Notes: a model not told the origin generated them from the letters alone. A DNA stretch of 64,000 nt from Candidatus Woesearchaeota archaeon (GCA_018696595.1 JABHQW010000008.1:224001-288000), one strand, 5' to 3'. Numbered from the stretch's first letter, positions 38,886 through 48,912 are shown. Made by a program: numbers and translations.

Positions 38886-39230
38886 ATGGGTCTTAAATTA
38901 GATGAAAATTGGGCAGAAGTTATTGCAGTGTTCTTTTTAGTTCTCGGCTTTGTTATCTCTGCTTTACTACATAATGCAATTATTACTTTCTTATCTGTTG
39001 TAATAGCTGGTTTTTTAGCGGGGAGAATTTATTATTTGAAACGGTTTGCAGAACCAACATTACCTCTTATTTTGATTATTCTTGGTTTCTTTATTGGTTA
39101 TCTGTTGGGCAGTTTTTGGGCTAGTAGGTTATGGGTAATCATCTTTTTTGTTGTTTCTTTTGGGTTGTCCTATTACTTACATCTGAAAGGAATTTTCGTA
39201 ACATTTAAAAGTGAGAAGTTCATCAAGTAA
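38886..39230 (+). CDS. Small 4-TM membrane protein
   Basis: ATG 2 nt after the previous stop; four hydrophobic segments. Confidence 0.7.
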   Translation: MGLKLDENWAEVIAVFFLVLGFVISALLHNAIITFLSVVIAGFLAGRIYYLKRFAEPTLPLILIILGFFIGYLLGSFWASRLWVIIFFVVSFGLSYYLHLKGIFVTFKSEKFIK

Positions 39231-39234
39231 GGAT

Positions 39235-39528
39235 ATGGAAACTTACAAAGCAAAAAGTATTACGATTAGTAGAAAACCGGGCACGGACAAAGATGGGTTT
39301 TGGACCGCATTTATTGGTTTATTTGAAGATAATAACCCTCATTTGAAAGCTAAAGCCCCAATTAAAGTTTTAGAGATTGAAGAAGTAGAGAAAGTACGTC
39401 TTCATGACTTACGTAATGTTTCTTATTATCTTCTGGGAAATGATATTGTAATTAACAATCTTGTAGAATTAAATACTGAGTATAAAGATAATATTCTTAC
39501 TTTAACAGGGAAACAGAACTTGAAATAG
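39235..39528 (+). CDS. Hypothetical protein
   Basis: Operon-internal ORF starting METYKAK. Confidence 0.65.
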   Translation: METYKAKSITISRKPGTDKDGFWTAFIGLFEDNNPHLKAKAPIKVLEIEEVEKVRLHDLRNVSYYLLGNDIVINNLVELNTEYKDNILTLTGKQNLK

Positions 39529-39601
39529 GATGTACTTGTAGATGCGCTGAGTTTATTCACTGGCCAATAATCTTATAAAATAATAATTTATTCTATCACC
39601 T

Positions 39602-40348
39602 ATGGATATAATTACTTTACTAATAGTCTTTGTAATTGGATTTTTTGCTAGATTGCTTTCTAATCTTGCTGGAGGGGGGGCTGGTTTAATAGAGGCCCCG
39701 TTATTGTTGATGTTAGGTGTTCCTCCCAAAATGACCGTTGCAACAAGAAAATTTTCTGCCATTGGTGGTCATGGGATTGCTGCATATCAATTTCATAAAT
39801 TTAAGAAGATACATTGGAAAGTTGCTATCATTCTTGCTGTAATTACTGTTTTTGCTACAATTATTGGAGCCAATATCTTAATCTCAGTTAATGAAGATTT
39901 AGTAAAAAATCTTATTGCTATAATGATGTTGGTTGCATTACCATTTACTTTTTTTAAGAAATCATTTGGAATGAAAAGAAAAATATTTTCTAAATCAAAA
40001 GAGATTATTGGTTATGTTGTTAATTTCTTTATTTTTATTATTGATTCTTTTATTGGTGTTGGGGGCGGTCTTCTTTCCAGTTTATCTATTATTATTTTTA
40101 TGGGTTTAACTTATTTGGAAGTAAATGCAATAAGAAGAATAACTGGTTTAACATTAGCCATTGTTGGCAGTATAATTTTCGCATTCTATGGATTAATAGA
40201 TTGGGTTGTAGGGTTCTCTTTAATGATGGGCGGCATTTTAGGGGGGTATTTGGGCGCTAACATTGCAATTAAAAAAGGTAGTGCATTAGTAAAAGTAGTG
40301 TTTACAATTGTGGTAGTGGTATCCGTAATTAAATTATTATTTTTCTAG
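39602..40348 (+). CDS. TauE/SafE (TSUP) sulfite-exporter family protein
   Basis: GGGAGLI, GVGGG, GGYLGA duplicated TM pattern. Confidence 0.85.
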   Translation: MDIITLLIVFVIGFFARLLSNLAGGGAGLIEAPLLLMLGVPPKMTVATRKFSAIGGHGIAAYQFHKFKKIHWKVAIILAVITVFATIIGANILISVNEDLVKNLIAIMMLVALPFTFFKKSFGMKRKIFSKSKEIIGYVVNFFIFIIDSFIGVGGGLLSSLSIIIFMGLTYLEVNAIRRITGLTLAIVGSIIFAFYGLIDWVVGFSLMMGGILGGYLGANIAIKKGSALVKVVFTIVVVVSVIKLLFF

Positions 40349-40379
40349 AATAATTGTGGTTTTCATTATCCAGCCAGAT

Positions 40380-40793
40380 CTATTTATTTTCCAAAAAAAT
40401 ATTGATCTTATATTGCAAATAATAGAACGAGAAGAAAAAAGTAGCAGCAGCTGAAAGATTTGTTTTGTAATGTTCATTCATGATTCTTCGAACTTTAAAT
40501 GCCATAACCAACATAGTAATTCCACCTACTAAATTAATTATGGAATCAGCCCCATCAATCATAGCTCCTATTTCTGTTCCCATAAACAATATTGAAGGGA
40601 TTAATATTATTGCGGATATTATAAAAAGAACTAAAACAAAGATAATTGGGCCCTTGTTAATTTTTTCTTTTGAGTTTAGATTATTAAATACATTTTTACG
40701 ATTTAAAAACCAAACTGGGATATAAATTCCATAAGTAATGATTGTGAGAAAAATCATTAGTAACACACTTTTTTTTTGTAATTGTATATCCAT
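40380..40793 (-). CDS. DUF4234-like membrane protein
   Basis: LTIITYGIYIPVWF...YYLQYKIN. Confidence 0.75.
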   Translation of the reverse strand: MDIQLQKKSVLLMIFLTIITYGIYIPVWFLNRKNVFNNLNSKEKINKGPIIFVLVLFIISAIILIPSILFMGTEIGAMIDGADSIINLVGGITMLVMAFKVRRIMNEHYKTNLSAAATFFFSFYYLQYKINIFLENK

Positions 40794-40848
40794 AAAAGCT
40801 ATATTAACTTTGAATTTATATAAATGTTTTGAAAATATTCTTTTAATA

Positions 40849-41007
40849 GAATGGTGGGTTGTTAAGAATGGACATTACACTGGCTTCTTCTCAAAAAAAG
40901 ATATTCAAGAATTTTTCGGTAAAGATTTCAAAATAATTAAAACATACGAATTTAAGAGTGAAGGATCACCTTTAGTTGTCAGAGCATTTTATATGCAGCG
41001 ACGTTAG
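40849..41007 (+). pseudogene. Probable 3' remnant of a gene resembling a class I methyltransferase C-terminus
   Basis: NGHYTGFFSKKDIQEFFGKDFKIIKTYE...YMQRR*; the upstream part of the ORF overlaps the antisense DUF4234 promoter. Confidence 0.45.
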
Positions 41008-41087
41008 TGCGTGGCACTCTTGAACTCATTCTAAATTAAGCTTATACTATTGTTATAGGCTAATTCTGACCCACTCCCGCACTAGAC
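41003..41087. repeat. Imperfect hairpin C directly upstream of the recombinase
   Basis: GTTAGTGC...GCACTAGAC outer stem; AGCTTATA/TATAGGCT inner stem; second GCACTAGA at 41119-41126. Confidence 0.55.
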
Positions 41088-41132
41088 AACCTTGGAAAGA
41101 ATATATAAATAAGTTCTAGCACTAGATATAAC

Positions 41133-41957
41133 ATGGATGTTCAGAATTTAGTGAAAAAGGAAGCTCTCAGAAGAGGATTAAGCAAAAAAACGATTGATAC
41201 TTACAATAATTGTTTAAGTAAATTTTTTAGAATAATCAGAAAGGATCCTAAAAAACTAACTAAGAAAGATATTTTAAATTATATTGATGGGTTGGTTGAA
41301 AGGAAAGCGCCAGGGAATACAATTAATGTTTATCTTAACGCCTTAAAATTCTTTTATGAACAAGTGTTAAAAAGAAAACTAACAGTAAACATTAAATTTC
41401 ATAAAAAAAGGAAATATCTCCCCACTTTTTTAACAAAGGAAGAAGTAAATTTATTCTTCTCAAAAATAAAAAACAGAAAACATCTATTAATGGTAACCTT
41501 ACTTTATTCTGCAGGATTAAGAGTCGGGGAACTAGTTAAACTAAAAGTGCAAGATTTAGATCTTTACAATAATTATGGGTGGGTCAGACAAGGGAAAGGT
41601 AACAAGGATCGATTGTTTATACTTTCACAAAGAATTAAAGACGAACTGATTAACTGGATCCAAGAAAAAGAATTAGAACAAAAAGATTACTTATTCACTG
41701 GAAACAATAAACACATAAATTATAGTATTGAAAGCATCCAGCAAATAATCAAGAAAGCAGCAAAAATTTCTAGAATCGGAAAAAACATCCACCCTCATAC
41801 TTTAAGACACAGTTTTGCTACTCACTTGATCCAGAACGGCAATTCTGTATTTGAAGTACAACAACTATTGGGCCATAATAATGTTAACACTACAATGATA
41901 TACTTACATATGGCTTCTCCAGACCTATTAAAAATAAAAAGCCCTTATGATAATTAG
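41133..41957 (+). CDS. Tyrosine recombinase (XerA/integron-integrase-like)
   Basis: SAM-like N-domain, YSAGLRVGE, GKGNKDR, HTLRHSFATH, LLGH, TMIY, KSPYD; no IntI insertion patch seen. Confidence 0.92.
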   Translation: MDVQNLVKKEALRRGLSKKTIDTYNNCLSKFFRIIRKDPKKLTKKDILNYIDGLVERKAPGNTINVYLNALKFFYEQVLKRKLTVNIKFHKKRKYLPTFLTKEEVNLFFSKIKNRKHLLMVTLLYSAGLRVGELVKLKVQDLDLYNNYGWVRQGKGNKDRLFILSQRIKDELINWIQEKELEQKDYLFTGNNKHINYSIESIQQIIKKAAKISRIGKNIHPHTLRHSFATHLIQNGNSVFEVQQLLGHNNVNTTMIYLHMASPDLLKIKSPYDN

Positions 41958-41993
41958 GTAAAATGGAAAAAATATTTGGACTCAAAATAAAAA

Positions 41994-44216
41994 ATGATTA
42001 AAGATTTCACACCAAGACTGTACCAGCAGACAATCTTAGGCACTGCCGCAAACAAAAACACTTTAGTAGTTTTACCAACAGGATTGGGAAAAACGGCCCT
42101 AGCATTTCTACTAGCTGCTCAACGTTTACATTTTTATCCTAACTCTAAAATCCTAATGTTGGCCCCAACCAAACCATTATGTGAACAACATGTTCAGACT
42201 TTCAAGAAACATTTAGAAGTTCCCGAAGAGAAAATTGTTTTGTTTACTGGCAGTATCGCTCCCAAAAAAAGGGAAGAGATGTGGAAAGATGCTCAAATAA
42301 TAGTTTCAACACCACAAGGATTAGAAAATGACTGTATTAACAATAGAATACAATTAAAAGATATCTCTTTATTAATTTTTGACGAAGCCCATCATGCTAC
42401 AGGGGATTATTCTTATGTCTGGTTAGCCCAACAATATGAAAAAACTTCACTAAAAGCAAGAATTCTTGCACTTACCGCTTCTCCTGGAAGCGATATAGAA
42501 AAAATACGAGAAGTTTGTAACAACCTTAAGATTGAGAAAGTGGAAGTCCGGACAGAAACAGATTCTGATGTTAAACCTTACATTCAAAATGTTAAAGTTA
42601 ACTGGATTAAGTTAGATTTTCCTGAAGAGTTAAAATCAGTCCAAAAACATTTACAAAATTCAAGAAAAAGTAAACTAATTGAGGCCCAGAATTATGGTTA
42701 CTGTAACTCGGCAGATTTACATAAAGGTCAATTACTAAAACTACAGGGAGAGTTACAAAGAAAAATATCTTCGGGAGAGAGAGATTTTGAAATTCTTAAA
42801 TCTGTTTCTTTGACTGCAGAAGCGTTAAAGATTGACCATGCATTAGAATTGCTAGAATCGCAAGGGGTTAATCCATTACAGACTTATTTCAAGAAAATTC
42901 AATCAGAATCTCTCACTTCAAAAGTTAAAGCCGTTAAAAACTTGATGTTAGATCAATATTTCAAATCGGCAATGTACCTCACAGAAGAACTTGCCGATAA
43001 AAATTTTCAACATCCTAAACTTGTTAAATTAAAAGAAATTGTTGGTGAACAGATTGAAAAAGATCAACAAGCAAAAATAATTATCTTTACTCAGTTTAGG
43101 GATTCTGCTGAACAAATTGTCCAACAAATAGATAAATTAAATATTAAAAATCATATCTTTTTTGGGCAAGCTAAAAAGAATGGGGTTGGCTTCTCACAAA
43201 AACAACAGAAAGAAATCTTAGACCAATTTAGAAATGGAGAGTTTAATGTTCTTATTGCAACTTCCGTTGCTGAGGAAGGATTAGATATTCCGAAGGTAGA
43301 TAAAGTTATTTTTTATGAACCAATACCTAGCGCGGTAAGATCTATTCAAAGAAGGGGCAGAACTGGAAGATTAGAAGAAGGGACAGTAACAATTCTAGTT
43401 ACTTCTAAAACAAGAGACGAAGTTTATCGTTGGAGTTCTTTCCATAAAGAAAAAAGAATGTATACTAACTTAGACAAAATCAAAAAAGAGTTTTCCTTTT
43501 CAACGTTGGATGAAAGACAAGAAACCAATAATGGCAATAACACTTTGGATAAATTCATTCCTGAAGAAAAAGTTGTCGCTATTCTTGCTGACCATCGTGA
43601 AAAAGATAATAAGATTGTCAAAGAATTAATTGATTTAGGAGTTTCAGTTAGAACTAGCCAGCTAGAAGTTGCAGATTATTTAGTTTCAGGTAGAGTTGCA
43701 GTAGAACTGAAAAAAGTTCCTGATTTTGTTGCTTCTATTATTGATGGCAGATTAATTGATCAAGTTAAAGGATTAAAAAACAATTTTGAGAAATCAGTTC
43801 TGGTGATTGAGGGTGAAGAAGATATTTATTCTGTTAGGAAGGTTCATGCTAATGCGATTAGAGGCATGTTAGCTTCGATTACTTTAGACTTTGGAGTCCC
43901 TGTATTGTATACAAAAAGTCCCAAAGATACCGCTTGTTTATTAGCTGTAATGGCCAAACGTGAACAAAACAAAGGGGGAGACATCTCTTACCATTCTTCT
44001 AAACCACAATCTATGAAAGAACAGCAAGAATTTATTGTTAGTTCTTTTCCCAATATCGGTGTTCTTAATGCTAGAAAACTTCTTGAACAATTTGGTTCAA
44101 TTAAGAATTTAGCTAATGCCAATAAAGTTGAATTGATGAAAGTAGATAAGATTGGAGATAAGATTGCAGATAGATTAGTTGGAATGTTTAATGAGGAATA
44201 TAAGAAAAAGAATTAA
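41994..44216 (+). CDS. hef: Hef/FANCM-like helicase-nuclease
   Basis: PTGLGKT, DEAHH, TASPG, EEGLDIP, QRRGRTGR, ERCC4 domain plus HhH. Confidence 0.93.
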   Translation: MIKDFTPRLYQQTILGTAANKNTLVVLPTGLGKTALAFLLAAQRLHFYPNSKILMLAPTKPLCEQHVQTFKKHLEVPEEKIVLFTGSIAPKKREEMWKDAQIIVSTPQGLENDCINNRIQLKDISLLIFDEAHHATGDYSYVWLAQQYEKTSLKARILALTASPGSDIEKIREVCNNLKIEKVEVRTETDSDVKPYIQNVKVNWIKLDFPEELKSVQKHLQNSRKSKLIEAQNYGYCNSADLHKGQLLKLQGELQRKISSGERDFEILKSVSLTAEALKIDHALELLESQGVNPLQTYFKKIQSESLTSKVKAVKNLMLDQYFKSAMYLTEELADKNFQHPKLVKLKEIVGEQIEKDQQAKIIIFTQFRDSAEQIVQQIDKLNIKNHIFFGQAKKNGVGFSQKQQKEILDQFRNGEFNVLIATSVAEEGLDIPKVDKVIFYEPIPSAVRSIQRRGRTGRLEEGTVTILVTSKTRDEVYRWSSFHKEKRMYTNLDKIKKEFSFSTLDERQETNNGNNTLDKFIPEEKVVAILADHREKDNKIVKELIDLGVSVRTSQLEVADYLVSGRVAVELKKVPDFVASIIDGRLIDQVKGLKNNFEKSVLVIEGEEDIYSVRKVHANAIRGMLASITLDFGVPVLYTKSPKDTACLLAVMAKREQNKGGDISYHSSKPQSMKEQQEFIVSSFPNIGVLNARKLLEQFGSIKNLANANKVELMKVDKIGDKIADRLVGMFNEEYKKKN

Positions 44217-44494
44217 TCCATTTCCTCAATTTTCTTTTTATTCTTTCCAATTTTCGCTAATTCTTCACTAGATAACTTTTTCTTGATAAGCCAATAAGTT
44301 CCTTTATATGGATCTCTTTGTAAGTATCCAAAGTTAATTAACTCTCTTCTTATCATGACATGATCATCAACATCAAATGAATTTATAATTTCATTAACTT
44401 TTATTTCGTTATAGATTTGGTTTTTTATGAACTCTTGAGCGATTTTCTCTAAAATCTCTTGTTTCTTCAAATCATCTTTTGGTAACGAGATCAT
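44213..44494 (-). CDS. DUF2087-like wHTH protein
   Basis: YNEIKVNEII...DHVMIRRELINFGYLQRD...YW. Confidence 0.75.
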   Translation of the reverse strand: MISLPKDDLKKQEILEKIAQEFIKNQIYNEIKVNEIINSFDVDDHVMIRRELINFGYLQRDPYKGTYWLIKKKLSSEELAKIGKNKKKIEEMD

Positions 44495-45222
44495 TGTTTA
44501 ATCTTACCGGTTTGCCAATCTTTTAATAACATTCTGGCTGCTACTTCTAAATTGGCTTTTCCGCCACTAGATAATTTTTTAAACTTAAAGGCAATCTGTT
44601 CAAGAATCTCTTCTGGATCTTCACTATTAATATTATAATGGGCAGTAATTTTTTCTGTCTCATCCTCAATTAATCTTAAGGCAGTAGTTTCTATATCTTT
44701 AATCTTACCATAACTTAATGCACCGGTTTTTGCGTGTTTAGCGGGATCCTTCTCTCTTTTTGGTAATACTCCAGGAGTGTCCAAGACCATGATCTTTGGA
44801 TCCACCCTGATTTTCTGAAACCCTTTAGTAAATCCAGATTCAGATGATGTTTTGGCAGAACCTTTTCCTGACAAAGCATTAATTAAGGAACTTTTACCAA
44901 CGTTTGGATAACCTAAGATACCTACAACGGTGGGATTTCCTTTAGATAGTTCCATGATTTTCTTTTTTAGAATAGTAGTTCCCAACTTATCTCTGCTAGA
45001 AATGAATACACTTGGTTTTAAACTATGTTTTATCGTTTTTAGCTTCTCTTTACTTGCTAAATCACATTTATTGAAAACGTAAAGCAAGATCTTTTCTTCC
45101 TTTTTAACTTTATCTTCTACTTCAAAGTTTCTGGTTTCTTCAACCATTCTAGCATCAAGTACTTCGATAATAATATCTGCTTCCTTGATTACTTTGTTTA
45201 CATGTTTCCAAAATGATGGCAT
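44491..45222 (-). CDS. Circularly permuted YlqF/RbgA-family GTPase
   Basis: VLDAR, NKCD before GYPNVGKSS and DTPG. Confidence 0.9.
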   Translation of the reverse strand: MPSFWKHVNKVIKEADIIIEVLDARMVEETRNFEVEDKVKKEEKILLYVFNKCDLASKEKLKTIKHSLKPSVFISSRDKLGTTILKKKIMELSKGNPTVVGILGYPNVGKSSLINALSGKGSAKTSSESGFTKGFQKIRVDPKIMVLDTPGVLPKREKDPAKHAKTGALSYGKIKDIETTALRLIEDETEKITAHYNINSEDPEEILEQIAFKFKKLSSGGKANLEVAARMLLKDWQTGKIKQ

Positions 45223-45284
45223 AAAGACCTTTTCTTTTATTAGTATATAAAAGTTTATATTAGATAACGATTTATTTATTATTT

Positions 45285-46400
45285 ATGGCCCTTTTTAAGT
45301 GGATATTTCACAAGCATATCAACATTGATGAACTTAAAGGTGAAGTGAAAAAGTTATATTCATTTTTTCAAGAGTATATACTTCTCTTTAATCAAAAGGG
45401 AAAAACTTTTTCTGGGATTTTCCACGGAGGTTTAAATACATTAAAATTACTTTTACCTCAAATAGAAAAATCAACTAGACGTTTACTTAATGTTTTGAAG
45501 AAAGAAAATCAACTAATTGCTTTGCTTAAAGATAGAAATGTTCTTACTAATAGAGAAACTGATGAAGTTTTAGAGATTAAAGAAAAAATTAATGCTCTTA
45601 AAGATATCCTTCAAGAACAATTAGAAATTATGAGTGAAATAAAAGAGAAGATCAATAGAATAAAATGGACTTTTGAAGAACAGGTTAAAATTAGTCCTAC
45701 CATAGATAAGCTAAAAAAATTATTCGATCAAGAACATAAAATACTCTTTTCAGAAGAAGAATTTCTTGAGAGATTGGTTTCTGATATTGTTAAAGATAAA
45801 GAGTTCCCCTTCTTGAACCGAGTTTCTTCTCCTGCAACAGAAGCTGCAATTTTAGCAGACAAGTATTTCTCTTTAATGCTTATGCGGGGAATAAGCGGGG
45901 GATATGTGAAATCAATTCCAAAAGCAATTGCTGAGGAAAAGAAAGGAGTAGCATACTACCCTGGATCTTTTGATGACCCAATCATTATTTTTTGTTTCCC
46001 AAACATTAAGTACTATGTTTTACAAGATCCTCACAGAAGTGGAAGACAACTAAAAACAAATCTGGAACTATTACAAAGGTTTAATATTCTTCACAATTTA
46101 AAAAGAAAAGGAAGAAATTCTTACACTTTTCTTTTCAATGGCAAACAGAAGCATTTAGTTGCTTATTATGGTGTGAAAGGTGATAGTTCTAAATTTATCC
46201 CTCCAGAAATAAGAAGAGGGGTTAAAGTTTTAATGGCAAAAGCATTTACTGTGGGGCTAGAAACAAAGAAAAGAGTTTTTGATAAAATCTCTCCTTATTT
46301 GTTACCTGGATCATTTATCCATGAAAGGATTGTTAATGAAGATATTCTTAGGCAAAAAGGATTTAAAAAACTAACAGAAATGTGGTGGATAAAGGAATAA
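45285..46400 (+). CDS. Hypothetical protein, helical N-half and globular C-half
   Basis: 371-aa ORF with upstream TATA; no recognised motif. Confidence 0.65.
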   Translation: MALFKWIFHKHINIDELKGEVKKLYSFFQEYILLFNQKGKTFSGIFHGGLNTLKLLLPQIEKSTRRLLNVLKKENQLIALLKDRNVLTNRETDEVLEIKEKINALKDILQEQLEIMSEIKEKINRIKWTFEEQVKISPTIDKLKKLFDQEHKILFSEEEFLERLVSDIVKDKEFPFLNRVSSPATEAAILADKYFSLMLMRGISGGYVKSIPKAIAEEKKGVAYYPGSFDDPIIIFCFPNIKYYVLQDPHRSGRQLKTNLELLQRFNILHNLKRKGRNSYTFLFNGKQKHLVAYYGVKGDSSKFIPPEIRRGVKVLMAKAFTVGLETKKRVFDKISPYLLPGSFIHERIVNEDILRQKGFKKLTEMWWIKE

Positions 46401-46443
46401 TAGTTACGAAATTATTTTATACCAGTTAATTCATCGATTCATA

Positions 46444-46740
46444 ATGGCTTTCAGCAAAACATTTCCAAAAACTGTACCTGGGACTAATTATCCGATTTGG
46501 GAAGAAGTTTTTCTTACGGAAGAAGAAGAAAGGCAAGTTGAAGAAACTTGCAGGAAGAGTAACTTTCAGATAATGGATGTTAGTTTACAAGAAGCGAAGA
46601 TTTTGGCAATCAAACATGGAATGAATGAAGATCATAATCTTGTTCAGATTGCCAGGTCATTATTTGAGAAGAAAGCGTCCCATGTTATTTTCTGGAAAGA
46701 ATCTAAAGCAAAAGAGAAGTTTGACCAAAAGAATAAATAA
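46444..46740 (+). CDS. Conserved-looking hypothetical protein
   Basis: 98-aa ORF with no recognised catalytic motif. Confidence 0.65.
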   Translation: MAFSKTFPKTVPGTNYPIWEEVFLTEEEERQVEETCRKSNFQIMDVSLQEAKILAIKHGMNEDHNLVQIARSLFEKKASHVIFWKESKAKEKFDQKNK

Positions 46741-46765
46741 GAAATAAAAAATAAGAAAAAAAGAA

Positions 46766-47416
46766 TTACCGTTTTCTTTTCTTTACTGGCCTTTTCTTAG
46801 CAGTTTTCCTTCTTGCTATTTTCTTTTTAGCTGGTTTTCTTTTAACTGTCTTTTTTTTAGTTGCTTTCTTCTTAACCACTCTTTTTTTCACTGCTTTCTT
46901 TTTTACTGTCTTTTTCTTTACGGTTTTTTTCTTAGCAACCTTTTTAACCTTAACTTTTACACTTTTGACTGTCTTTACTTTTCTTCCTAAATGTTTTAAC
47001 AAAAAGTTTTCAAATCTTACAATCTCTTGTTTAGTGTTAAAAAATAACGGATGTTTATCTCCCAAGTGAGTTAAGACATATCCACCTAAAAAGAACTTAT
47101 CTAATTTATGATGTTTAATCTCATTAAGGGGGATTTTAACTTTTTTTATTTTGTTTTTAGTTGCCCGAGTAATCTCCAAATGTGTTGATGAAAGAGTATA
47201 TTTCTCTTTTACTTGACGAGATTTCTGGATCAGGGCTGAGATCAAAACATAAACTCCTAAAAACAGAACTGTAAAAATTACTGCTAAATACCATCTTTCA
47301 TAACGTAAGAAAGTCATAAAGAACACTAATACTGCTAAGAACGCTATTAAAATAGTTTCTATCTTAAGCAAGAATACTTTTTTTACTGGAAAATTCCAAG
47401 TTAAATTATTTGTCAT
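46766..47416 (-). CDS. Two-TM protein with histone-H1-like basic C-terminal tail
   Basis: TM pair, small beta domain, K/R-rich pentapeptide repeats. Confidence 0.75.
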   Translation of the reverse strand: MTNNLTWNFPVKKVFLLKIETILIAFLAVLVFFMTFLRYERWYLAVIFTVLFLGVYVLISALIQKSRQVKEKYTLSSTHLEITRATKNKIKKVKIPLNEIKHHKLDKFFLGGYVLTHLGDKHPLFFNTKQEIVRFENFLLKHLGRKVKTVKSVKVKVKKVAKKKTVKKKTVKKKAVKKRVVKKKATKKKTVKRKPAKKKIARRKTAKKRPVKKRKR

Positions 47417-47457
47417 TTTTAATACCTCTTTTTTGATTTATAATTGTTTAATATTTA

Positions 47458-47679
47458 TTAATATTTCTCATTAATTTCTGGTGCTTTAGTCATACTAACA
47501 AGTGCTGCAATAAACATTAATGCGAATATAAACATAAATGTAACTCCAAAATTGAATGTTTTTGGATAAACATAGTACGCTGAAATGAAAAATCCCAACA
47601 TTGCACTAGCCATAAAACTACCTTTTAACGGAACTGCGTGCCATTTCCTTGGAGCTCTTTTAGATTTTCTTTTAGCCAT
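47458..47679 (-). CDS. Small two-TM membrane protein
   Basis: SD GAGGTGG before ATG 47679. Confidence 0.65.
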   Translation of the reverse strand: MAKRKSKRAPRKWHAVPLKGSFMASAMLGFFISAYYVYPKTFNFGVTFMFIFALMFIAALVSMTKAPEINEKY

Positions 47680-47717
47680 TACGACCACCTCTTTTTTATA
47701 TTTAATAGTAAACAAAT

Positions 47718-48839
47718 TCAATTTAAAAACTTATCTACTAACTTCTCTGCTTTTTTACGTTTCTGTTGATGTTCTTTTAGGAACTTAGTAAGCTTGTCAA
47801 TCACAATTTGTTTTAGTTCTCCACTCAGTAATTTTCCAGACTTATAATCATCATAAATCTTTTTTAACTTTTTATCATTTGGTTCTAAGCCATACTTTAA
47901 CATCTGAAATGGAATATCAACCTCTGGGTTGCCTCCTTTCTTACGATGTTCTTCTAAAGTTGGTTGTCCACCAGAAAAGGCATACTTTTTAATTTTTCTT
48001 GCTGCTTCTTCAGGAGTATCAGTTAAAGCGATGTAAGATAATGGATCTGAGGAAGACATTTTACCACTTTTTAATCCTGGTAAGAATTTGTGATAAGTTG
48101 AACTTAATTGTTTAAACCTAAATGCTTTTATTCTTTGAGAAACGTCTCTAGCTAACCTTAAATGCGGGTCTTGATCGGATCCAACGGGAACAATAATTGG
48201 AATTGGTTTACCTTCAAATTCTTTTAGTTGTGGGTGCAACATATCTGCTGCTTGTAATAATGAAGAGCTCATCTTCCCCGGACTGATTTCTCCATAAATC
48301 GCTTTGAACTCATTAAAGGTTGCATGTCTTGCTAACATATTAGCTAGGCTGTAATAAGCATTAGCTTGTTTTCCATTCTTTGATCTTGCTGATTGAAAAT
48401 AGAAATCACAATTTTTTAATTTTAATCCCAGGGCAACATAATTTGTTAGATATTCTTTTATTGCAGTTTCTCGCAATTCTTTCATGTTGGGATTTCTAGA
48501 ATTATATGCTTCAATATCAGCAACAGCAATGTAAACTTTTGCACCTAAAGATTGATAGAAAATAATTTGATCAGCAACTAATTTATGGCCAAAATGGAAT
48601 TTGCCGGACGGCATAAGACCAGTCATCATTACAAAAGTTTTCTTTTTTTGCACTGCTTCTACTATCTGTTTAAAGTCTCGATGAGCAAAAATGATCTCTC
48701 TTCTAAATAAAACATTTTTCTGAAATGTTTCTGGAAGATGTTGTAACGGTTTTAAGCCGAACTGCTTAATTAATTTATCATAATCAATTTTTCCTTTAAC
48801 TTCCCAGGGTGTTACTTTTTGTGTTATTTTTTCTGCCAT
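47718..48839 (-). CDS. trpS: Tryptophanyl-tRNA synthetase (archaeal/eukaryotic type)
   Basis: TPWEV, PSGKFHFGH, DQDPH, KMSSS, AFSGGQPTLEEHRKKGG. Confidence 0.95.
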   Translation of the reverse strand: MAEKITQKVTPWEVKGKIDYDKLIKQFGLKPLQHLPETFQKNVLFRREIIFAHRDFKQIVEAVQKKKTFVMMTGLMPSGKFHFGHKLVADQIIFYQSLGAKVYIAVADIEAYNSRNPNMKELRETAIKEYLTNYVALGLKLKNCDFYFQSARSKNGKQANAYYSLANMLARHATFNEFKAIYGEISPGKMSSSLLQAADMLHPQLKEFEGKPIPIIVPVGSDQDPHLRLARDVSQRIKAFRFKQLSSTYHKFLPGLKSGKMSSSDPLSYIALTDTPEEAARKIKKYAFSGGQPTLEEHRKKGGNPEVDIPFQMLKYGLEPNDKKLKKIYDDYKSGKLLSGELKQIVIDKLTKFLKEHQQKRKKAEKLVDKFLN

Positions 48840-48912
48840 TTTGTTTGTTCTTTAGTTTGTTCTTTATTCATTATTGTTTTATTGTTTATAAGTTTTTAGT
48901 CATTCTTTTTCT

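Noticed and set aside
1203-41054. CTATTGTT as a shared regulon motif (1203, 1223, 11376, 41047)
   Set aside because: Several copies of this AT-rich 8-mer are expected by chance in 64 kb of this composition
41003-41132. Canonical integron attI/attC or archaeal dif site
   Set aside because: Arms are in GTT...GAC order rather than RYYYAAC...GTTRRRY; no cassette array; the integrase lacks the IntI patch; only one dif-like arm (TAGATATAA)
43680-43760. Inactive Hef nuclease (ELK instead of ERK)
   Set aside because: The acidic and Lys catalytic positions (D, E, K, D) are retained; one substitution is not enough evidence
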